Of a DNA stretch of 64,000 nt, positions 35,195-44,818 are shown piece by piece (position 1 is the stretch's first letter; each line of letters opens with the position of its first letter). Under the pieces are notes generated by a model. The model was not told the origin of the DNA, made no database searches, and saw nothing but the letters and a program-made list of their open reading frames with translations. Both the position numbers and the translations under genes were made by a program. The DNA comes from Gemmatimonadales bacterium (GTDB lineage Bacteria; Gemmatimonadota; Gemmatimonadetes; Gemmatimonadales; GWC2-71-9): the NCBI GenBank assembly GCA_041613315.1, contig JBFJHJ010000012.1, positions 1 through 64,000 of the forward strand. Reading direction: 5' to 3'.

Positions 35195-38100
35195 TCAGGG
35201 CACCCGCACCGTGACCTCCACTTGGCCCGGCGCCAGCGGGACCACGTGTTCGCGTCCGCCGGGCCACCGGACCGACAGCGCCGTCGGCTCACCGGCACGC
35301 CCCAGGACCTGCACCGCGCCGTTCTGCGACCAGTACCCCGAGCCCGCCTGCACCTCCCTGACCGGCCCGGCCCGGTCACCGTAGCGCAGCCGCATTTGCG
35401 CGCCGACGGTCGTCGGGTTGCCCGGCGGGCCGACCAGCCGAACGCGGAGTCCGGGGACGGCACCGGCGTTTCGGAACAGGCGCGTGGAGGCCCCGTTCTG
35501 GCTGACGGCGAGGTCGAGCCGCCCGTCACCGTCGAAGTCCGCGTACGCCGCTCCCCGCTGGTCGCCGTAGACGATCAGGCCGGAGCGCTGCCCAGGGACG
35601 GGCTCGAGTCCCCCGGCGCCGTCACCTCGGAGCAGGAGACTCCGGCCCGCATCATGCCGCGGCGTGGCGACCTCCGTGGCGAAGAAGTTCTGACTCAGGA
35701 ACAGGTCCTCGTTTCCGTCGCCGTCGAAGTCCGCGACGCCGGCGTAGAAGGCCGGCGTGAATTGCGCCTCGAGGGGCAGCGGCCGGGCCTCAAACCGATC
35801 CCCCCGGTTGAGGAACACCAGGTGGTCCATGGTCGTGGCGCCGAGCCGGATCGCTGCTGAGGCGAGCGGGCCCAGGACCTGATCCACGGTGGCATCGGCG
35901 TAAGCACCGAACGTGCGGAGCCGTCGGGCGGCATTGGGAAGCGCCAGGGTGACGCGTTCGAAGGCGAGAAGCGGCGCGACGCCCCCGATGCGGGGGTCCT
36001 CCTGCGCCAGCACCCCGGTGGGACGGGCACTCTCGAAGAAACCGGAGTACAGGAACAACGGCCGGGTCTGGCTCACCTGGTAGTCGGTGTTGCGGCCCCA
36101 ACTGGTGGCAACGATGTCGAGCCGCCCGTCGCCGTCCAGGTCGCCGGTGGCAAGCCCGTTCCACCGGCTGTAGATCCCCGACAGGCCCGGCATCTCCGGC
36201 GCGGGCCGGAACCGGCCGCTCTCGTTCAGCCAGATGCGGATGGTTCCCCACTCGATGGCCGCGATCAGGTCCAGCCACCCATCGCCGTCGATGTCGGTGA
36301 ACAGGGCCGCCGAGACCATGCCTATGCCGGCGAACCGAGCGTTATTCGCGGTATCGGGTACCAGACGCCCCCCCTCGTTCCGGTACAGCCGCGAGGACGG
36401 GGAGAGCGGGTAGCCACCTGGGAAGATCCTCCCGCCGGCGAACAGGTCGAGGTCGCCGTCCCCGTCGTAATCCGCGACGGCCAACGGGCCCACGCTCGCG
36501 CTGTCACCGGGGACCAGGGGCGTCATCGCCCCGGTCACCGGAGAATAAGTGACCACGCTGGGCGCGGCCAGGGCATCCTTGGTCGTTCCCATTTCGTAGC
36601 TCGAGACGCCGGCGATCACCGTCCGCCCTCCCCGGCCATTGGGCCAGCCCAAGACGGTGGTGAGGTCTACCTGCGCCGGAGGGACGCGTACCGCGGCTGG
36701 CCTCAGTCGGCCGCCTTCGTTCCGGAACCAGGCAAGCGTGCCGGTGCGGCCGGCGCCGACGATCAAGTCTTCGAGGCCGTCGCCGTCCGCATCGAACCAA
36801 GCGATGCCCGGCCCCAGCTGGCTGAACGCGTTGGGGAGCAGGACTTGGCGGGCGTAGTCGTCGAAGTAGGGTTCGACGTGCCGGTGGCCGCCGAGCTGGT
36901 CGGAGACATCCTGGAACAGCGCCGGCGCGGGGTCCGGCGCCGGGTCCGATGTGGGCAGCGCGGCGACCTGGTCGATCTCGTAGAGCCGGTTGGGGCGCGC
37001 GCCCTCGATCACCGTCCGGCGGCCGTCGCGCCAGTCCACTTCGATCGTCACCACCTCCGCCTTTCCCGTCGCGAAGGCGAGAAGGGCCTCCGAGCCCGAG
37101 AGATACAGGCCGCCGGCGATGACTTCTCGCTGCTGCCTCGGCACCGCACCACCGAGCACCCGCACCCGGCTGCCGATGCCCCTGGTGTTCGGCGGCTCGC
37201 CGCGGAGCCGGATCGCGACCCGCGGCGCGGTGGCATCGCTGCGCAGGACGGCGACCGGCGTGCCAAGCCGGTTGATGACGACGTCCAGATCGCCGTCCCC
37301 GTCCAGATCGGCCAGCGCCATCCCGTGCGAAATGTCCTCTCCCACGTCGAACCGCCAGGCGCGGCTCGCATCCTCGAAGGTCAGGTCACCGCGGTTCCGG
37401 AACGTCACGTTCGGCAGCGCAAGAGGCGGGAACTCGAACAGCATGCGCCGCCAGTCGATCTCGTCGAGCCGGCTGCGCAGGCTGTACTGGGTATCTCCGT
37501 CCATGACGTCCCATGGGTGGCCGGTCCCGATCAGGATGTCCTCCCAGCCATCGAGGTCCACGTCGAGGAACAGGGTGGACCAGGACCACCCTGAAGCTCC
37601 CACGCCGGCGAGTCGCGCGATCTCCGCGAAGGTGCCATCGCCACGGTTCAGGTGCAGGGTATTCCGCTGCATCTGGGGGCGGCCTTCTCCCTGCCCGGGC
37701 TTCTTGGGCACCGCGGTGTGCGTCGCGATCTGCGTCTTGAGCCGGCGCGTGTCCTGGCTCAGCATGTCCACCTGGAAGAGGTCCGGCCGTCCGTCGCGGT
37801 CCACGTCCCCCACGTCCACGGCCATGGTCGAGTTGCTGGTGGAGCGCAGGGCGTACCACGGCGCCAGCCGGAAATTCCCCCGGCCGTCGTTGAGCCAAAA
37901 CTGGTCGGGGTCCTCGAAGTCGTTGGCCACGTACAGGTCGGGCGCGCCGTCGCCGTTCAGATCCGCGAACATCGCGGCGAGACCGAAGTCCTCCGGCTCT
38001 TCCGCGAGCACGCGGCCGTGCTCGTCCACGAACCGGGGGTTGCCCGCGATCGGCTCGCGGACGAATCGGCCGGCCCCGTCGTTCCGGTAGAAGAAATCGG

Positions 38101-38866
38101 GGTCCGCGCGCTGCACCAGGCTGATCCCGCCCAGGTCCTCACGGTCGACCAGCTTGTACTCCGCGCGGTATCGCTCCCGAACCTCAGACTGCCGGAAACC
38201 CAGCGGCCGCACGACCTGATCGAAGGCCCGCTCCTGCGGCGACATCCGGTCGAGGGTGGTGTAGGCTTTGTAGTTGACGACGTACAGGTCGAGGTCGCCG
38301 TCGCCATCCACGTCGGCCACGGCGATCGTGGTGCTCCCGGCCGACGAGGTCAGGCCGGCGCCCTCGCCTTGCTCGGTGAAACGCCCAGTGCCGTCGTTTA
38401 GGAAGAGCGCATTCGGCCCGCCGAGGGCGAGGAGGATCAGATCGAGATGTCCGTTGCCGTCGACGTCCGCGAACACGCAGCCCGTGGAGTAGCGGTCGGG
38501 CGCCGCGACGCCCGTACGCTCGGCGATGTCCTCGAAGCGCCACCCGCCGAGGTTGCGATAGAGCGCGTTGGGCCCCTCCGTGCGGGCAAGGAACATGTCC
38601 ACCATCCCGTCGCCGTCCACGTCCCCGAAGCACACGCCGCCCCCCTCAGCCAGGATGCGGTTCCTGACGACCAGCGACTCGCTCACGGTATTACGGAAGG
38701 TGACGCCGGTTCGGCGGGAATGAAGCAGCGTGAAGCCGGGCGTGCCTCTCCGCGGGACGTCCAGCGCCCGCCAGCGGTACCCCTCGCTGTCGTGCCACGC
38801 CGTGTCGGCGGGTTGGCCGCAGCTCGCGACGAGCAAGGCGAGAACCAGGAACCGGTGCCCGCTCAT
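35195..38866 (-). CDS. FG-GAP/VCBS-repeat lipoprotein with ASPIC/UnbV domains (CRTAC1-like)
   Basis: Lipobox LVASC; many D.DGDG..D repeats; two G..YLS/GSGYWSQ ASPIC-type segments. Confidence 0.9.
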   Translation of the reverse strand: MSGHRFLVLALLVASCGQPADTAWHDSEGYRWRALDVPRRGTPGFTLLHSRRTGVTFRNTVSESLVVRNRILAEGGGVCFGDVDGDGMVDMFLARTEGPNALYRNLGGWRFEDIAERTGVAAPDRYSTGCVFADVDGNGHLDLILLALGGPNALFLNDGTGRFTEQGEGAGLTSSAGSTTIAVADVDGDGDLDLYVVNYKAYTTLDRMSPQERAFDQVVRPLGFRQSEVRERYRAEYKLVDREDLGGISLVQRADPDFFYRNDGAGRFVREPIAGNPRFVDEHGRVLAEEPEDFGLAAMFADLNGDGAPDLYVANDFEDPDQFWLNDGRGNFRLAPWYALRSTSNSTMAVDVGDVDRDGRPDLFQVDMLSQDTRRLKTQIATHTAVPKKPGQGEGRPQMQRNTLHLNRGDGTFAEIARLAGVGASGWSWSTLFLDVDLDGWEDILIGTGHPWDVMDGDTQYSLRSRLDEIDWRRMLFEFPPLALPNVTFRNRGDLTFEDASRAWRFDVGEDISHGMALADLDGDGDLDVVINRLGTPVAVLRSDATAPRVAIRLRGEPPNTRGIGSRVRVLGGAVPRQQREVIAGGLYLSGSEALLAFATGKAEVVTIEVDWRDGRRTVIEGARPNRLYEIDQVAALPTSDPAPDPAPALFQDVSDQLGGHRHVEPYFDDYARQVLLPNAFSQLGPGIAWFDADGDGLEDLIVGAGRTGTLAWFRNEGGRLRPAAVRVPPAQVDLTTVLGWPNGRGGRTVIAGVSSYEMGTTKDALAAPSVVTYSPVTGAMTPLVPGDSASVGPLAVADYDGDGDLDLFAGGRIFPGGYPLSPSSRLYRNEGGRLVPDTANNARFAGIGMVSAALFTDIDGDGWLDLIAAIEWGTIRIWLNESGRFRPAPEMPGLSGIYSRWNGLATGDLDGDGRLDIVATSWGRNTDYQVSQTRPLFLYSGFFESARPTGVLAQEDPRIGGVAPLLAFERVTLALPNAARRLRTFGAYADATVDQVLGPLASAAIRLGATTMDHLVFLNRGDRFEARPLPLEAQFTPAFYAGVADFDGDGNEDLFLSQNFFATEVATPRHDAGRSLLLRGDGAGGLEPVPGQRSGLIVYGDQRGAAYADFDGDGRLDLAVSQNGASTRLFRNAGAVPGLRVRLVGPPGNPTTVGAQMRLRYGDRAGPVREVQAGSGYWSQNGAVQVLGRAGEPTALSVRWPGGREHVVPLAPGQVEVTVRVP

Positions 38867-38965
38867 CGTGCGAGCCCCGCCCGTGCGCCGAGCCGCTCCA
38901 GTACCACGGCCGCCTCGTGGAACGACGCGTACCGGCGGACGGGATGGCCGAGCGCCAGGTCGGCT
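38863..38965 (-). pseudogene. Possible remnant of a vanadium-dependent haloperoxidase/PAP2 gene C-terminus
   Basis: ADLALGHPVRRYASFHEAA-VVLERLGARAGLAR*, stop overlapping the ASPIC start (ATGA); the SR..GGIH catalytic segment is missing. Confidence 0.35.
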
Positions 38966-39088
38966 GAGGGAATGGATCGCGGAGTACACGGTGTCCATCC
39001 GCTACGGCTGTAGCCTGCGCTTCGAGTTGTCACGCGCACGGCGAAACAGAGGAGGAGCTCGTTGATCGGCGGTGGCACGGCCAGCTCG

Positions 39089-40630
39089 CTAGTTCACCCG
39101 CACGGCGGCGGCTGCCGCCAGGATCTTCATCCCCCGAAACAGATTCCCCAGCCGCACGTTCTCGTTCGCCGCGTGCTGGTTGTTGTCATGGTTCACGATC
39201 GGCACCACGACGAACGGCGCTCCGAGAACGTCGGTGAACACGTAGGCCGGCCCGCTGCCGCCCATCGTGGGGCTCACGACGGGGTTGCCCAACCCCGCTC
39301 GCCGGAGCGCCTCGACGAGTCCCACCGCTGCCGGATGATCCAACGGCGTCCGGCCCGCCGGGTACCCCTCACCCGCCGTCACCTGCACCAATCGCGGCGT
39401 GGTGACCCGCGTGGCCGAATCGGGCGCGGAGCCCACGACGGTATAGCCCTGGTCCTCGATGTGGCGCACCAGCTTCGCGACCTGCGCGGCGGGGTCGTTG
39501 CCTGCCACGAGCCTGAGATCCAGCTCGGCGATCGCGACGTCCGGGATCAATGTGCGGGCCTGGGCGCCGGTGAAGAGACTGCGAAGGCCACGCACGTTGA
39601 GCGACGGCTGCGCGATCAACTCGAGCCGCGTCCGCCCGTCGCCGTCCATCGACCCCAGCTGGAGCTGGCGCCGGCGCGCCTCGTCGTCGTGCGGGTACGC
39701 GTCGAGCGCCGCCCGCTCGGCGGGCCCTAGCGGGACCATGTCGTCCGCCCACCCCCGCACGAGCACCGCGCCGTCGGGTCCCTTCATGCTGGCCAGGAGC
39801 TGGGCGAGACGCATGGCGGGGTTGGGCGCCCAGTTGCCGTAATGCCCCGAATGGAGCGGACGCACCGGGCCGTACAGGGTGAGCGTCACTGCCGCGAGCC
39901 CGCGTAGCCCGAAGTCGGCGGTCGGCCGCCCCGACGGATGGATCGGGCCGTCCGCCATCACCACGAGGTCGGCGGCGAGCAGGTCGCGATGCTCCCGCGC
40001 GACCTCGGCGAGGTGCTGCGAGCCGGCCTCCTCGTCCCCCTCGAACAGGAAGGTGAGCCGGTTCGGGAGGGAGACGCCCGCCGCACGCCAGGCGTCGAGC
40101 ACATGCAGGAGGGCGACGATTGGCGCCTTGTCGTCGCTCGCGGATCGAGCGTACAGCCGCCAGTCGTCGGGGTAGGGCTCACGCCCCGACGGCCAGCTAG
40201 TGACGGGCGCGCCGCCCGCCTCGATCGCCGCCGTTCGGAGCACCGGCCGCCAGGGGTCGTCCTGCGCCCAGTCGGATGCATCGGCGGGTTGGCCGTCGTA
40301 ATGACAGTAGAACAGGATGGTGGGGAGCGACTGATCGCCGATCTCGCCGAAGACGAGGGGCTGGGCCCCCGTCTCGAGCAGCCTGGCCCGGACGCCACGC
40401 CGCTCCAGCATCGCCACCAGCGTCTCCGCGTTGCGCCGGATGTTGACGAGGTCCGCGGCCACGTTCGGGATCGCGAGCAGGTCGCTGAGCTCGGTTACCA
40501 CGGCGGCCTGGTGGCGCTCGAGATAGCGGTCCACCGCCCGAAGCGGATCCTGGGCGGCGGCTGGAGGAGCCGCCGCGAGGAGTCCCAACGGGACGACCAA
40601 TGACGCGGCGCGGGGTATGATGGTAGTCAC
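39089..40630 (-). CDS. Exported M20-family metallopeptidase/deacylase
   Basis: Signal peptide (PPAAAQ); HYDGQP, RSASDDK, EGDEE, ADG, HSGHYGN, QHAANEN. Confidence 0.9.
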   Translation of the reverse strand: MTTIIPRAASLVVPLGLLAAAPPAAAQDPLRAVDRYLERHQAAVVTELSDLLAIPNVAADLVNIRRNAETLVAMLERRGVRARLLETGAQPLVFGEIGDQSLPTILFYCHYDGQPADASDWAQDDPWRPVLRTAAIEAGGAPVTSWPSGREPYPDDWRLYARSASDDKAPIVALLHVLDAWRAAGVSLPNRLTFLFEGDEEAGSQHLAEVAREHRDLLAADLVVMADGPIHPSGRPTADFGLRGLAAVTLTLYGPVRPLHSGHYGNWAPNPAMRLAQLLASMKGPDGAVLVRGWADDMVPLGPAERAALDAYPHDDEARRRQLQLGSMDGDGRTRLELIAQPSLNVRGLRSLFTGAQARTLIPDVAIAELDLRLVAGNDPAAQVAKLVRHIEDQGYTVVGSAPDSATRVTTPRLVQVTAGEGYPAGRTPLDHPAAVGLVEALRRAGLGNPVVSPTMGGSGPAYVFTDVLGAPFVVVPIVNHDNNQHAANENVRLGNLFRGMKILAAAAAVRVN

Positions 40631-40730
40631 GAGCCTGCCTGTCTCGAGTAGCGTGGTGTGGTTACACTCCGCTGCGGGGACGAGCGGCCACGCAGGGCCG
40701 TCGGCGATGCTTGAGGACGAAGATACCTCC

Positions 40731-42893
40731 ATGGGACGTCAACGCCATTTCGATCGTTGGCAGCGCGTAGGCGCTTCGGCGCGCCGGTGGCGCCGTTCCG
40801 CGGCGACGGTGGCGGGTGTGGCCACCGTCGTGGGTGCCGTCGCGGCAGTCCACGGTCCGGGTCCGACACCGATCGTGTCCCCCGCGGCGCGGGACACGCT
40901 GACGTTCGCTCGCGACGTCGCGCCGATCCTCTACAGGAGCTGCGCGGGATGCCACCGGCCCGAGGGGCCGGCGCCCTTCAGCCTGCTGACGTATCGGGAC
41001 GCGAAGCAGCGCGCCGAGCTGATCGTGGCCGTGACCGCGACACGGCGAATGCCGCCGTGGTTGCCCGCCGCCGGTCGCGGACGCTTTGCGGACGAGCGGC
41101 GGCTGGGCGACAGGGAGATTGCGACGTTGCAGCAGTGGGTGGCGCAGGGCGCGGTGGAAGGTGATCCCGCGGACCTGCCGGCCCGGCCATCATGGGCGGA
41201 CGGGTGGCTGCTCGGCGAGCCCGATCTCGTGGTGCGGATGCCGGAGGCGTACACCCTCCATGCGAGCGGGCCCGAAGTCTTCCGCAACGTGGTGATCCCG
41301 GCCCGCGTGTCCGCAACGCGTTACGTCGCCGCAGTCGAGCTCCATCCCGGGAACCCGCGGGCGGTGCATCACGCCATGGTCATGGTGGATCGCACACCCG
41401 CTTCCCGCCAGCTGGATCTGCGGGATCCCGAACCCGGCTTCGACGGCATGCACGTGGGCAACGCCCGGATGCCGGAGGGGTTCTTCCTGGGCTGGACGCC
41501 GGGCCGTCTCCCGTTTCGGGAGCCCGAGGGCTTTGCCTGGCCCCTCGAGCCCGGGACCGACATCGTGTTACAGCTCCACCTCCGGCCTACGGGGCGCCCG
41601 GAGAGGATCGCCGCGACCGTCGGGCTCTACTTCGCCGACCGGCCGCCCACGCGCCTTCCCACGACCCTGCGACTCGGATCGGAGACGATCGACATCACGG
41701 CGGGCGTCCCGGACTACGTCATCGAGGACCGCTACGTTCTCCCCGTCGATGTCCAGGTGCTGGGTGTGTACCCCCACGCCCATTACCTCGGCAAGGACCT
41801 CCGCGCGTTCGCGGAGTTGCCCGACGGCTCGGAGCGGTGGTTGCTGCACATACCCGACTGGGACTTCAACTGGCAGGACGCCTACCGCTACGCCGAGCCC
41901 GTAGATCTGCCCCAAGGGACGACCGTGGTGATGCGGTACACGTACGACAACTCGGCGGCGAATCCGCGCAACCCCAACGACCCGCCACGGCGCGTCGTCT
42001 TCGGGCCGCACTCCGTGGACGAGATGGGCGACCTGTGGATCCGGGTCCTGCCGCGGGATGCCGAGAACCTCACGATCCTGCAACGGGATGTCACGCGCAA
42101 GAACCTGGCGACCCGTCTGGCCGGCCTCCAGCAAATGGTCGCGCTCCGCCCCGACGACGCGACCGCGCAAGCGGACCTGGCGGGTCTCCTGTTCGCGCTC
42201 GGGAGATACGACGAGGCGATCGTCCGCTACGGCCAAGCGCTCCGGATCGTGCCCGGGGACGGCAACCTGCACTACAACCTCGGGCTCGCCCTCCAGTCCC
42301 GCGGACGCCTCGACGAGGCGATCGCCCACTTCCGGCTCGCGATCCGCGCCATCCCCGCCCACGTGGATGCGTACAACAACCTGGGGAACGCGCTCATGGG
42401 TCGGGGCGACGTGGAGTGGGCCATTGCGGCATATGGCCGCGCCCTGGCGCTCGACTCGCTCCGCGCCGACGTGCATCACAACCTGGGGCTGGCGCTGACG
42501 GCGACGGGACGGGTCGCCGACGGCCTGGCGCATGCGCGGCAGGCGGCGCGCATCGCCCCGGCGTGGCCGGCGCCGCTCCTCGCGACGGCGTGGACCCTCG
42601 CGACAACGGCAGACGATCGCGCGTGGGATCCGGCGGAGGCCGTCCGGCTGGCGGAGCGGGCGGTGACGTTGACGCGCCGACACGATCCGGGCGCGCTTCA
42701 TACGCTCGGCGTCGCCTACGCCGCGGCCGGCGAGTATTTGCGCGCGATCGTGACCGCCGAGGAGGCGCTCGCGCTCGCCCGCCGCCGAGGTGACGAGCCG
42801 CTCGCCCGCGAGATCGAGGCCCTCGTGTCCCTGTACGTGCAGCAGAAGCCCTACCGGCAACCGACCGGCCGTCAGGAGGACGTGCCGCAGTAG
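40731..42893 (+). CDS. Heme c (CxxCH) - copper type II (PHM/DBH-like) monooxygenase - TPR fusion
   Basis: CAGCH; VHHA, LQLH, PHAH, DEM copper-ligand pattern; WDFNWQ; C-terminal TPRs (HYNLG, YNNLG). Confidence 0.8.
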   Translation: MGRQRHFDRWQRVGASARRWRRSAATVAGVATVVGAVAAVHGPGPTPIVSPAARDTLTFARDVAPILYRSCAGCHRPEGPAPFSLLTYRDAKQRAELIVAVTATRRMPPWLPAAGRGRFADERRLGDREIATLQQWVAQGAVEGDPADLPARPSWADGWLLGEPDLVVRMPEAYTLHASGPEVFRNVVIPARVSATRYVAAVELHPGNPRAVHHAMVMVDRTPASRQLDLRDPEPGFDGMHVGNARMPEGFFLGWTPGRLPFREPEGFAWPLEPGTDIVLQLHLRPTGRPERIAATVGLYFADRPPTRLPTTLRLGSETIDITAGVPDYVIEDRYVLPVDVQVLGVYPHAHYLGKDLRAFAELPDGSERWLLHIPDWDFNWQDAYRYAEPVDLPQGTTVVMRYTYDNSAANPRNPNDPPRRVVFGPHSVDEMGDLWIRVLPRDAENLTILQRDVTRKNLATRLAGLQQMVALRPDDATAQADLAGLLFALGRYDEAIVRYGQALRIVPGDGNLHYNLGLALQSRGRLDEAIAHFRLAIRAIPAHVDAYNNLGNALMGRGDVEWAIAAYGRALALDSLRADVHHNLGLALTATGRVADGLAHARQAARIAPAWPAPLLATAWTLATTADDRAWDPAEAVRLAERAVTLTRRHDPGALHTLGVAYAAAGEYLRAIVTAEEALALARRRGDEPLAREIEALVSLYVQQKPYRQPTGRQEDVPQ

Positions 42894-43008
42894 CGGATGG
42901 CGCGCGGTGGTGGGCAGAGCCACGCGCCCGGCCGATCCCGCCGCGCTGGCATGCGTTCGGGGCCCGCCCTATTCTTCTGCGATTGCCCAATGACCCGAAG
43001 GGGACTCT

Positions 43009-44208
43009 ATGACGACTGCAACGTACGATCGGATGTTGGGGTTGCTCCTGGTGACGGTGTTGGCCGCCGGCTGCGGGGACAGCACCGGGCCGATAATCGG
43101 GTCGCCGTTCGTGTCGGTGACCACCGGCTCGCTCCACAGCTGCGGCGTCACCGAGGCCGGCTCCGTCTACTGCTGGGGGTGGAACCGCGACGGCCAACTC
43201 GGCGACGGGTCCACCTCGGACCGGAGTCGTCCGGTGCGGGCGCAGGCGGGCGGCGTCGCGTTCACGGCGGTGACGGCGGGAGGTGGGCACACCTGTGCGC
43301 TCGCGGGCGACGGCCGCGCGTTCTGCTGGGGCTTCAACCTCAACGGCCAGGTGGGCGACGGGACGCTCAACAACAGCCGGACCGCCCCGACCCAGGTGGC
43401 CGGGGGGCTGCTCTTCACCCAGTTGAGTGCCGGCGGCTCTTACACCTGCGGGATCACCACGGGCCAGGAAGCCTACTGCTGGGGCTGGAACGGCAACGGT
43501 CAGCTCGGGGACGGCACGAAGCAGGACCGTTCCCAACCGACGCTCGTGAGCGGCGGGGTCGGGTTCCGGGTCATCAGCTCCGGCGCGTTCCATACGTGCG
43601 CGCTCTCGAGCGCGGACGAGCCGTACTGCTGGGGCTCCAACTCGCTCGGGCAACTCGGAACGGGCAGCGGCGACGAGGCCACGTCGCCGGCCGCGGTGTC
43701 GGGGGGACAGACGTATCCGTCCATCAACGCCGGCTTCGAGCACAGCTGCGCCGTGACGTCCGCCGGCGAGGGGTTTTGTTGGGGGAACGCGGTGTTCGGC
43801 CAGTTGGGCACCGGCAGCCGGCTGAATGAAAACGTCCCCGCCAGCGTGGTGGGCGGGATCGTATTCAACCGCATCTCGGCGGGCGGGTTTTTCAGCTGTG
43901 GCGTTTCGACCGCTGACGAGGCCTACTGCTGGGGGCTGAACGGCAACGGCCAGCTGGGCCTCAGGGCGCCTGGCCTGTGCGCCGACCCCGGTACCGGGGT
44001 CGACTTCCCGTGCGCCCTCGAGCCGGAACCCGTATCGGGCGGACTCCGGTTCAGCTCGGTCGCGGTGGGCAACCAGCACAGCTGCGGGCTTACCACCGAC
44101 CGGATCGTCTACTGCTGGGGCCTCGCCAGCAACGGACAACTGGGCAACGGCGTGTCCGGCGGCAGCGACTTTAGCGTCGATCCGGTGCGCGTCGGGGGCC
44201 AGCAGTAA
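43009..44208 (+). CDS. RCC1-repeat beta-propeller lipoprotein (RCC1-B)
   Basis: Lipobox LAAGC; seven C...CWG.N..GQLG repeats. Confidence 0.9.
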   Translation: MTTATYDRMLGLLLVTVLAAGCGDSTGPIIGSPFVSVTTGSLHSCGVTEAGSVYCWGWNRDGQLGDGSTSDRSRPVRAQAGGVAFTAVTAGGGHTCALAGDGRAFCWGFNLNGQVGDGTLNNSRTAPTQVAGGLLFTQLSAGGSYTCGITTGQEAYCWGWNGNGQLGDGTKQDRSQPTLVSGGVGFRVISSGAFHTCALSSADEPYCWGSNSLGQLGTGSGDEATSPAAVSGGQTYPSINAGFEHSCAVTSAGEGFCWGNAVFGQLGTGSRLNENVPASVVGGIVFNRISAGGFFSCGVSTADEAYCWGLNGNGQLGLRAPGLCADPGTGVDFPCALEPEPVSGGLRFSSVAVGNQHSCGLTTDRIVYCWGLASNGQLGNGVSGGSDFSVDPVRVGGQQ

Positions 44209-44214
44209 GGACGG

Positions 44215-44667
44215 TCATTGCTGCTGCGGCGGCTTGCCTCCACCGGGCGGCGACCCGCTGGTCGCCGCCTGGACCGTAAAGATCGCCGCGGCAAGCGCGG
44301 CACCGCCGATCACGAACAGCAGTCCGCTGCGCCACCCGGACAGCCGCTTGGCCTGCAGCGCGTGGGCGTTGTCCCGGGCGATCGCGACCCGGGCGCCAAG
44401 CGCGTCGTGCCGCACGCCGCTCCGAGACCACAGGTTCTGAGCGGCGAGGACCAGTGAGTCGGTCGTCGCCGTGAGCAGTGTGCCTTCGACCTCCATGATG
44501 TTCTGCAACCGCGCTTCCACGACCTGAAACTCGATCGGCTCCGAGAGCTGGGCGATCAGCACTTGGCCGGGCAGGGGCTCCGTGTGCCCCAATGGCCGGA
44601 TGGTGTTGCACGCGCCGACGAGCACGAGGGTGAGCGACAAGGCGACCACGGACAACGGATGACGCAT
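44215..44667 (-). CDS. Hypothetical lipoprotein with C-terminal TM helix (paralog of 27399-27902)
   Basis: Lipobox LVGAC; VEGTLL...DSLVLAA...KRLSGWRSGLL; Gly/Pro tail. Confidence 0.65.
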   Translation of the reverse strand: MRHPLSVVALSLTLVLVGACNTIRPLGHTEPLPGQVLIAQLSEPIEFQVVEARLQNIMEVEGTLLTATTDSLVLAAQNLWSRSGVRHDALGARVAIARDNAHALQAKRLSGWRSGLLFVIGGAALAAAIFTVQAATSGSPPGGGKPPQQQ

Positions 44668-44818
44668 GGGCGGCTCCAACGGATGAACCCTTCCGAAACA
44701 CTACTCGCTCTCCGGGAACGGACGCAAGCGCTCGTCAACCGGCGCGGCCGTCCCTGGGGCGGGAACCCCTCGCCGCCGTGGGCGGTTAGCGAGGGGCTGC
44801 CACCGGAGTCGTGACCCC

